Shown piece by piece: positions 43,853 through 53,899 of a DNA stretch of 64,000 nucleotides (its first letter is position 1; each line of letters opens with the position of its first letter). A program made the position numbers and the translations under genes. The stretch lies in the NCBI GenBank assembly GCA_002269645.1, contig NIVC01000249.1, forward strand, positions 346,752 through 410,751, in the 5' to 3' direction. The notes beneath the pieces were generated by a model that saw nothing but the letters and a program-made list of their open reading frames with translations, did not search any database and was not told the origin of the DNA. The DNA is from Macrostomum lignano (Eukaryota).

Positions 43853-46800
43853 TCACTTTTTATGACGATTATCTAGCTGCCCAGTCTGCGAGCAATACTG
43901 CCCCGCTGCTTCCAGCTCGCTGATGTCGGGGTCCTCCAGCGCCAGCTCCAGCGCCAGCTCCAGCGAGTTCTTCGCTAACTGCCCATGCAGCAGCTCAGCA
44001 CGGAGGCTCCACAGCAGGCAGCGGAAATTCAAGTACAGATGGTGCGGCCGCCCATCGCTGCTGAGTCTGACGGCGATGAGGTTCCGCGTGAACGGTGGGA
44101 GGAAGCTGAAGCAGAGCGACTGGAGACAGGGAAAGCAGAACCGCCAGGCGGAGGAGGGCAGGTCACAGAACCAGTCACAGGACTGGCCGATGTCTGTGGG
44201 AGACAAACCGGTGCGCACCCGGCGGTCGATTGTGGTCTTCAGCAGCTGCCTTGCCTTGGCCTCCTTGCCGAGCTTCAGCTGAATCAGGACCTGCGGGTTA
44301 GGGTTAGTTCAAGCAACGATGAACAAAGAAAGCGAGCTCTTGTGTTTCATGATGAGGCATCTGACCTTCAGGCAGATGACAACGCAGTCGCAGAAGTCGG
44401 GCAGGCAGCCCAGAATGAAGAGGCGATCTTTGAGAGTGGAAACATCATATTCTTTGGCCCCCAGCTCCAGCAGGCACTGGTGCACCAGGCAGTAGGCGCT
44501 CTGCATCAGGCAGCTCTCCTGGTACGCCAGCCACAGCCTGCGCACCTGCTGCTCCGTGAACGCGGAGTACAGCGGCAGCAGTGTGAACGGATGGAAGAAG
44601 AACTCATTGGATTCCAGCGGCTTCACTTGATTCCGCAAGTGGGCGGCGAGTGGTGACAAATCCTGACGCAACTGACCCAGTCGGCTGATAATCTGAAGTT
44701 TCATTTCAGCAGTCTCGGAGACCCCGGCATTCTTGAAGTACAGCGGAGCGTCAGGCATGAAGAAGTGCGGCATGCAAACGTCGGGCGACTTGCTTTCCTT
44801 CAGAAACTGCAGCATCAAATCGACTGCCTTCTTCAGCAGCTTGACGAGGTTGGCGGCCTCCCATTCACCTGGCTCTGTTGAGTGTATAGCCAGCATGTGG
44901 AACAGAAGACTCTTGGCGTGGTACGTCTTCAGGCCGTGACAACCGATCGATGGCAGCAACTTCTTGAATGCGCTCTTCAGCAGGACAAACAGCTGGCCCT
45001 GGACTGTGCTGAGCCGCCGCATGAGCTCCTTCTCCTGGAAGCTGAAGCTCACGCGGAGCTCGCTGTATCTGTTCGGTCTGGTCGCACGGACTAGATGGAC
45101 GGGACTGGACGCTGCCTGCTGGACATCGGGAAGCAGCAGCGCGATTCTCTCCTGTCTAAAGGAGCTGCAGCAGGGGAAGGCGTGGCAGGTGTCCTGGGCG
45201 GGCCGCACTCCGCAGGCTGCCGACCGCACAGCAGGCTGGCTGCCTGTAGTAGGAAAAAAGTCAGTTGAATATCTGTGCACAGACAAAGATAGGTAGACAA
45301 AGCGTAGCCTACAAATTAAGCATGCAATAAGCTGTACATGGCAAATATCGCAAGGCAGCTCAGCAATGCCTGACCAGATTATGTGAAGAGGGCACCAAAA
45401 GAGGACTTTTAACGCTAAAAAAATCAGGGCTCTCCACTTGGGATTTACTGCTGCCTCTCTGATTGTTCTTCGGTCACGAACAAGAATTAAGCAGTGCATT
45501 AAACAGTGGATTTTCGCTATCCTGGCTTGCTGGTGGTCACTCCTGACGATATCATTGCTGATCGAAAAATTCAAGCGCTGAGGATAGCACTCAGGCTCAC
45601 ACTGACGGCGTCAAAATCACGAAAGCCTTGTCCCGTCAATATCCTTGGGATTTCGCGCTTGGGCCAAGGGAAAATGATCCCACTGGCCTTGGCCATCCTG
45701 CAACCGCCTTCTGAGCCTCTTCATCGCGGAAAATGCTGAGATTGAACAGCGTGCGCTTGACCATACACCCGTGACGGTCTTTTGGGATCGGTTACACGCC
45801 AAGCTCCAAATAATGTGCGTATGCTACTGCTACAAGTACGCTTGCAGTTTTATATCTAATCTTCATATATAGAAAAAGGTGTGCAAAGCTACCTCTAGGA
45901 TACAAAAGGTAGCAAGAACACGCACCTGCACTCTCCTGCAGCAATGCGTGGCCCTCGAAAATTTTCAGCTTCCTGGAAGGCGGAACATTCGGACACTGGC
46001 AGCCGCCGTCAAGATGAAATTTCTCTCCGTCGACCAGAATTGTCCAGTCGATGTCGGAGTCGGCGTCAGTCCTGCCATTCAGCTGGACAAGGCTGTTGGC
46101 CCAGCCTTCAGCGTAGCTGCCAGTGAGGGTCCTGTCCTCGCTTGTGATCGAGCGCGCCGCCGATTCGAGCAAGTCGGCCATCTCCTGGAGGCATTGGGCC
46201 CTCTTAGCAGTGAATCCGGCCTCGCTGAGTCTTTGGTGCAGCTCCATGCTGAGCTCGACGTCATGTTCGGGCGTCCCTTCAGCTCTGAAAAATAATTGGT
46301 GAATAGCGTTTTCTAGCAGGACAGCCTATAGCCTATTCTGTTTGAGTTAGTAGCCAATAATGATGGCTCCAGTAACAAATCGCACAGGTCAAATCCAAAT
46401 GAATAAATAGTTCATTGACTCACGGAGTTACGAGTGACCACGGCTGTTCAGCGGCAGGAGCCTCAGCTGTTTCACGCTTCAGCTTGGCGCCATTGTCCCT
46501 CAGAATCCTTACAGTCTTTGTCTGGCCCAATCTTTGGGCCCTGACCAAGGCTGTGTGACCTTCATTGTCCACGAGCTCCTTGCTGGCTCCTCGGTCCAGG
46601 AGAGCCTCAATGAGCGATTCGTGGCCGCGCTCCGCAGCCAGCATCAGAGCCGTCAAGCCAGTTCCCTCCTTGCGATCAACGTCGGTCACCCGCTGCAACA
46701 GGTGAGCAGCAAGAGCGACGTGGCCAGCCGAGATGCACTTGAATAGCAGCTCGCTGACTGTGTCCTCCAACTGCACCTGTTCCAGTATCATCTCCACGAT

Positions 46801-48102
46801 GTCTTTCTTGTCAGCAACGGCACAGCTGGCCAGAAAGTTCAACAGCTTCTCCTCTTCCAGCAGCCACTTGGGCTGGAATGGAATCTGCAGCTTCTGCCAG
46901 AATTCTAGCTGCGAAACGGAGACTGTGTTGAACAGAATGTTCCTCAAGCACTTGTCTGTTTTGTTTCGATTAACTATTTTTGTCATGAGGTGATTCACTA
47001 GATCCACCTTGTCGGCCTGAGCTGCATACTGGGCTGCCTCACAGCAACAGTCGTCCCGTCTGAACTGTTCGACCTTGCTCAGCAGAGCATCAATTCGTTG
47101 AAGATCAACAGGATTTTGCTGCACTAAAGATTTCACGGCTTCGGTATAACACAGGACCCGTGACTTCTGCTCGGTAGGCAGCTCTGCGAACTTTCGCACA
47201 AGGTCCCAGTTACCAGCTGCAGCTTCGGCCTTCACCACTTCAATACAGCACTGAACTTTCAACCTTTCATGGTTTGCCGAGTGGGCAACGACGCTTTTTA
47301 CAAAGTCTATGAATTTGAGTTCAGCCGCCGTCTTGGTGGCCTCGACTAAGCAGAGTGACACGATTCTGCGGTCGGTGACATGCTCGAAAATGTAGGCGAG
47401 CAGCGATTCACTCTTCTTCAGAGCTGCAGACCTGGCAATCAGGAGGCAGCCGTTGCGGCGGGCCCAACCGCTCTGAGCTTGGCTCATGAGGCTGCTTACC
47501 AGTTCACCATAGCAGGCATCGGCCGCACACTCTATCGCAGCTAACAGGCATTGGTCTCTGACCTTTCCGTCAGCTAAAGTCTGCAAGAGGTCCTTGATGA
47601 AATCCAGATGACAGACTTCGGCCGCAGACTTGGCAGCCTCGGTGCAGCAGAAGCTCATGAAACTGCGGTGGACGGCGGCATCGAGTAGAGGAGCCATCTG
47701 CGCCACTGAGCCGTAGACTCCGCAACAACTGGCTGCTTTGCCGCACCAGTTGAGCCTTGCGCGCTCATCAGATATGCTTTTGGCTAAGGCAACAGCCGTT
47801 GCTGGCTGGCCTGCAAAAATAGCAACTCGAGACGCTTCCTCGCAGCACAAATTTCTTTGCTTCTCATCGGCGATGAGCGCCACGGCTTTAGACACGAATT
47901 CGCCACGGTCGCCGCGCTGAACCGCCTCCAAGACGGCTCCGATGCAGCAGCTGTCTCTGGCTCGCGGGTCATCGATAGTGTCAACGTGCTGACTGAATGC
48001 TTCGAATGTTCTGCAGTCGGGCCATTGCATGACTTGGCAGTAGCGCGGCGGCTGAAAAGCCAAGTTGGATTGCTTTGTGCCTGTCAAAATTGCATGTGAC
48101 AT
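43853..48102 (-). CDS. Helical-repeat/ankyrin protein fused to a Mab-21/cGAS-like nucleotidyltransferase (cGLR-type), ~1,117 aa, 4 exons
   Basis: Exons 48102-46424 (donor GTGAGT, phase 2), 46284-45926 (acceptor TTTTTCAG, donor GTGCGT, phase 1), 45243-44366 (acceptor TACTACAG, donor GTCAGA, phase 0) and 44290-43853 (acceptor CCCGCAG) total 3354 nt with no internal stop. Ankyrin: GLTALMLAAERGHESLIEALLDRGA, GHTALVRAQRLGQTKTVRILRDNGA. NTase: LTGSYAEGWAN...DADSDIDWTIL, AQDTCHAF, LRVSFSFQEKELMRRL, GLKTYHAKSLLF, MPHFFMPD. Confidence 0.85.
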
Positions 48103-48808
48103 TGCAGGAGTACCTGCGAGTACTACAGCACATGCTCAAGTGCCAGCTCATAGAAAGACCCGAAAATGGACTTAAAATATCGGCTCTGACTTATGAATCC
48201 GCAATTTTCAAATCAGTTTCGATGTAATTTAACAATAATCATAAAAATATGTCGAAAAATGGTTAACGAGCTACTCTTGAGCGTCACTGCGCTTTACAGG
48301 GATCCGAAGTTAATAAATATGCACTGTATTCAGTTAATTCACTTAGTACCTAGAAAATCGGATGAGGAACAATACATTGCATTACATTACTTTTCATTAA
48401 TTAGGTAGAAGAGAAGAGAGACAACATGTGAGGCGTGAGCCCTGAATGAAAACAAGTATGTGCTTTCACAATTGTGATTTTTACATTAAACCGACGTTCA
48501 GCCGACCTTTAATTGATTAAATTATTTTTGTTGGTTTCGTCAGCAACGGTAGGTCGGCAACGTCGGTCAATGTTAGACATTTTACATTTAGAAATTAGAT
48601 AAAAATTATGGTATATTGAGACAAACACGACTACATTTTACGAGCGCACGCTATACACTATCGTAAACAGAGGCAGCTCAGAACAAAAGATGTCGAAGTA
48701 AGCTAAGACATTTTCAAATCAAAAGATTTATCACGTCATATAATATTTAAAAGTACATGCTCGCTGAAGCACAGGTTCTGACATGCAGAATCAAATACAT
48801 CATATTCG

Positions 48809-50553
48809 TCAAGAAATCCCGCAAAGGCAAGCCGAACTAGCCGAACTACGAGTAGAGGGCTTTTTTTCGGGTGAATTCCACTGCGTGTTGTTGAGGATGT
48901 CCAGGACGGTCCAGGACGTCAGGTGGCCTAGCAGCGGCATTTCTGGGTGGCGCAGTTGCAGCCTCTCTGGCGGAATACCCTCCATTGCCGCGATTGACGC
49001 ATTTAGTTGACTGACAGTTGTGAACTCTGTTCCTGTCAGTGTGACAGTTCTGCCCTGCTGTGACTCAAAGCAGAGCTGCACTCGGCCCCGCATGCTGAAC
49101 CTGAGCTGCAGAACATCTCCGTGCTTGACTCCGCAGTCTGTCAGAGTCCTGCCGATCTGCAGCGGGACACTGGCTCTGCACAGAGAAAAGCTGTCAGAGA
49201 CGCTCGGCAAAGCCATTGGGACAATTTGCTCCAGTTTTGAGACCACTGTATCAGAGGAACCCGCTTCTGTGTAAAGAGCGACTGTGCCAGTCCTGGGATA
49301 ACCGGATTTCCAAGGAGTTTTGACAAAGAAATCAATCAACAGTTTCAGCCTAATGGCTGGCTGGCGGTTGAGAATCCACGAATAGTCTGTCTCCATTCTC
49401 TGTTGTTCCGCACCTTCTTTCGGTTTTTTGTTCAAATGTCGAAAACAGTGACTTTGTCGCTTATCTCACTGTCACCGATTGCAATAATCGGTCTGCCAGA
49501 TGGAATGAACGCTTCAGGGTTTTTCTCTCGGAGTGTTTCCTTCATCAATTTTACTGTGTCTGATAGATTTACCTGCAGTGAAATTTCCTTGCGATTCCAT
49601 GTGTGAACAACGACTTGTCGCTGAATCTTCAATTTTAGAGACACAAAGTCACCGATTGCGTAGCTGGCTAAAGAGTGACTGTCTTCGAGCTGCTTCTCTC
49701 CGAAAGTCAGAACTTGGTTTTCTGCTTGGATGCCAAGTCTTTCGTGGATGTATTCTTTGACTTTGCCGATTGGCACACTGATTGGCACAGACTGATTGGC
49801 ACACTGATTGGCACACTGGAAGATGGTCTCGAGATGGTCTGACAAGATGGTCTCGTCAATCAGTGTCTGTACGAAGATCTGCGTACGATTAGGCAGACGA
49901 TGCAACAGGTGGAGGGTCGATTCCTTCCGGATGTCGTAGTTCGACAGGGTACGACGGTTGTCCAGCTGCTTACCGTCAAAGACCAGACGCTGCTGGTCCG
50001 GAGGGATACCCTCCTTGTCCTGGATCTTGGCCTTCACATTTTCGATGGTGTCCCATTTCTTACATGGCAGGGTGATGGTCTTGCCGGTCAGTGTCTTGAC
50101 AAAGATCTGCCAGTCACTGCAGTCAGTGGCTCCACCACGCAGACGCGGTATAATAAAGAGGATCGATTCCTTCTGGATGTTGTAGTCCGACAGGGTGCGA
50201 CCGTCCTCCAGCTGCTTGCCGTCGAAGATCAGACGCCGCTCTACGGTATCAGGGATACCGTCCTTTTCCTGGATCTTGGCCTTCACATTTTCGATGGTGT
50301 TATATGGCTCAAATTGCAGGTCGAAGGTCTTGCCGGTCAGCGTTTTAATGTAGATAATTTTTTCGGGCTTGTAGATTGAAAATGCAAGGGCGAGTTTGTT
50401 CTGATTTTTCTCCGGACATTTTTCCTCGTCAAAGCAAAACACAAAATCGCATGCTTCGCATTCGAGTATCAAGCTGTTCAAACTGTACACACAGTCCGGG
50501 CACACAGGCCACCGAGGCCAGCATGCATTGTCAGTGGGCAAGCGCCTTGCCAT
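48809..50553 (-). CDS. Tandem ubiquitin-like domain protein (~6 UBLs, Cys-rich N-terminus), split by a one-base frameshift at ~49434
   Basis: UBL1 ([13 protein letters not shown]...[31 protein letters not shown]) and UBL2 ([14 protein letters not shown]...[35 protein letters not shown]) are close to ubiquitin. Four more divergent UBL-like repeats follow. ORFs 49432-50553 and 48809-49435 join if GAC ATT TGA AC is read GAC ATT TTG AAC (one extra T). Confidence 0.8.
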
Positions 50554-51566
50554 TCACACCAACCAGCTCAGGGACTGGAATCCCTGCACCAAAAACGATG
50601 TCACCAGCTGTAATCAATAATGCGACGGTAGCCACAAAATGGCCTTGAAATTTTAAGATGGACCCAGTCGGAGTCAGAACGTGAGCTTACACACATGCAG
50701 TAGAAGATGCTAGTTCTGTTCGACGCAGAGACATGCAGACTTGTGATGAAACTCCCACACGAGCGGCTCGAACTGGTCCAACACACAATGAGAATCGTGT
50801 TAATCGTAAGACTGGAATTTACGTACTTACAAAGGTACTGCTGAGTTGTAAAGCTCAAATTCGACCCTGTTCTCGCATTTAAGCTGTCAAAATAGTTGTC
50901 TTCGTCTGCGTTCCTCAATGTTCAAACAATTCAATCAGTTGCACTGAGTGCAAGTCGGTGTTTAAATGTGAGATTACTTGTTGAGAATAAATGTGTGCCG
51001 CTTCCTTGGGCCCGGCCCGCGCGCGGCTTTATCGGGCGGGCGTCACTGGCGGCCCTCCGCGGAGGCGGGCGGGGGGAGGGCAAAGCGCGCATATTGCCGC
51101 ACAGGCCGCTCCCTCTCCAAGCTTTATCAGCCAGAGCGGCTGCCGCACTGGCTTGAAAAAGCAAGCCCTACTAAACTATGGGAACACATGCACTGCTTTG
51201 ACTAATGCAAAATTGCTTTAGTATATTAGGACATTTTTGCATGTGTTGTGCCCGGGTGCACTTGCACCGATGAGCAATCTCTGGCTCTCGGTCAAGTGTG
51301 CCCCGCACTGCACTCCCACCCCTCCTGGCCGCGTGCCTGCGCCAACCCCCCCCATTCTGTTTGTGTCAGCCCCCCATTTCTGACAGCGCTAACCCCCCCC
51401 CCTCTCCCAGTTGTGTATCAGCTCTTATGCTCTGCCCCCTATTCTTATTATGCGTACCCAGCCGGATTGGCTGGCCTGGCCCTCTCTCCCCCTTTTTGTT
51501 AGCACTTGTCAATTCCCTTGTCCCTTGTCAATTGGTGATTAGCAAATAAGTTGGTTGTTGATAATG

Positions 51567-51615
51567 CTGCCTGGCGTGAGACCCTAGGGCTTACGCCAGG
51601 CAGTCTAAATAAATA
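51567..51615 (+). other. 37-bp near-perfect hairpin followed by TAAATAAATA, resembling a retroelement 3' end
   Basis: CTGCCTGGCGTGAG-ACCCTAGGG-CTTACGCCAGGCAG: a 14-bp stem with one G-T pair, followed by TCTAAATAAATAG. Confidence 0.5.
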
Positions 51616-51639
51616 GAGAATTGCTGGCGGTGGGCAGGG

Positions 51640-52514
51640 CGAGCGCGCCTGGTTTTGTCTCGCATAGAGACGCCTAACCGCAGTCACTTCTGTGAAACTT
51701 GTCTCTGCCTGGCTGAAAGCTTGTAATGAGTGAGTAGGCTGGGTTGGAGGGTAATAGTGGATCGGGAGGGGCTGTGGGTAGCTGTATAGGAAGGCAGGCC
51801 TATACCTGTACCAAGGTGCTCTGACGGTATCCCTCAGGCGCCCTCTGAGCGTACAGCCAGCGACCCTATTAAAGCTGGAGTGTGCCAGAACCAGGACTGA
51901 GTCTGAGCAGGACGGGGCCGTTGGCACGGTCATTATAAAAATGGCGGGTTGGCGAAGCAAAGGGTGAAATAGTCCCGGCGAATAGCCCTCCTGCCGCTTC
52001 AAAGATAAGAGACTGTCTGGCAAGAGTACCCGGGGTTTAGTTGGGGGGGAGGCTCCTTCGGGTGGCCACGGCCGTGGGGGCGGTCTTATGACCGGTGTTT
52101 TGGCCTATCTAACCCAGGAGAAGGCACGGGCTCCCCTGAATGGTTCTCTCTTCCCCCTCTAGCCTCGGGAGGTTTATGATTTGTACCCGGGGGTGGTGGG
52201 CGGTCGGCCCCAGCATGGTTGCCACGGCTCTAGGCCTTCGGGCCATCCCTAATAGGCTTGGGTCTATCTAACCTGGTTTTTGGGCACGGGCTTCCTGACT
52301 GGTATGTCGTTCCGCTGTCACTGTCCCCCGGGGAGGTTTGGTTTTTTTGATACAGCCCTGTACAGTCCTCTATAGTCCAACTTGGCTTTTAGTGTACATG
52401 AGTACACTCCCTATTAGGAAACTTTTTATATCTAGTGGCGTAAGAGCCTATTTCAATGGCTGAGGCGCCGGAAGCACTTATTTAGTTAGTTAGTGGGCAG
52501 GGCGAGCGCGCCTG
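51640..52514 (+). mobile_element. ~830-bp GC-rich insertion bounded by a 22-bp direct repeat (candidate TSD), with a TTAG-type tail
   Basis: GTGGGCAGGGCGAGCGCGCCTG occurs at 51640-51661 and 52493-52514. TATTTAGTTAGTTA immediately precedes the right copy. Confidence 0.45.
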
Positions 52515-53899
52515 TTGACGCCTGACACTAGACTACTCTACAGAATCAACAAACTTCAATAGCAAGATCTCAATACTACAAATTGACGAACTCGCCGCCT
52601 TGCCCACCGCCGAGAAGATTGGAAGTCAAAGTAAGATCCGCAGCTGTATTCATTACTCATTTGGGTCTCGTGCAAAGTGGGTACTGTACACCTTAGGGAC
52701 GGACTGACTACCTTACCTCGACGCGACCCCACGCTCAGTTACGGAGTCAGTCCGGTCAGTGGGCTGACGCCATCTCCCAGGCTCGACCACTGCGGAACGT
52801 TCTTAGGGGGCTGTTTCGATCACGTGTAGTGACACAACAATACCCCAAAAGTGGCACCCCTGATACCCCACAAGTGGCGCCCCTGATACCCAAAGCGGCG
52901 TCCCAAGCAAATTTTAAATATCAAAGCAAAATGTCTTCAACAGCTTTCAACCCAGCAAAAGCAACACAGCCAAAAGCGGTCAGTCGGTGTTGTGAAAAAT
53001 GAGCTCATCATCTTATTAATAAAAAATTGAATGTTCCATCAGCAGTGTATTGATAATAAATTTGAAAAAGCAGGTGTTTTCCGAAAAAAATATCACAAAT
53101 ATTTGTTAATATTTCTGTCATGCAACAGCAGAAGAAAGCATCTGGGACAGTGGCAGGTAACAAAGAGAAACAATTATAAATAAAAAAAAACTACTCCGAA
53201 CTTCCTATATTTTCATTTGTTTGAGATGTAAAAAATCTATGAAAAAACAGCAGCCAGCAGAGATGCGAAACACCAAGTCACGGCTTAATTTTGTTTTAAA
53301 TTTTCTCCAAAAAATTTAAACGTGTCGAAGATCATTGAACAACGTAAAAAACGAATTTCTGTTCCAGATACGAAAAGTGTTTAATAGAAAAATATAGTAA
53401 ACGAAAACTCGGTCAGAAAATACGCAAGGTAAAACACTGATTTACAAAATAGTAACATTCAAGTAAAATTACAGATAGGTAAAGTTGACAAAAGTTGAGT
53501 AATTCTTTTAGTTTTAACCGTCTTTTGTGTAGTTATTTTGTTTAAATGTCTCTTTTGAATTAAAAAGTAAATATTGAGCCCGCGTTACAGCCGAACTTTT
53601 CGAGTGTATTTCTTAGAAAACGACTCTTTTAATGCCATTAGCTAGACGTGATATTTGCGAAATATTCACTAGTCTACTTTATTCATTCAGTAGTATGATT
53701 GGCATTTTTCGCACTTTAGCATGCCCTCCCCTAACAAATCGATAATTTTCGCTACCTTCACTTCAAAAACCAACGAAAAACGCTAATTTAGCTACTGATA
53801 ATAGTAGAAACGAACACATTTTTCTAGTTAAATTCGCCCAGTATTGAAAAAGCGGGGCGACGCAAAACACAACAACAGAAGAAGATAGAGCGATTCACA

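Noticed and set aside
44293-44306. GGGTTAGGGTTAG telomere-like motif
   Set aside because: Only two units. On the gene strand it reads CTAACCCTAAC just before the acceptor, so it is more simply a branch-point region.
49432-50553. Annotation as a canonical polyubiquitin (UBB/UBC) gene
   Set aside because: The repeats are highly divergent, only one ends in LRGG, and there are non-ubiquitin linkers and an N-terminal extension.
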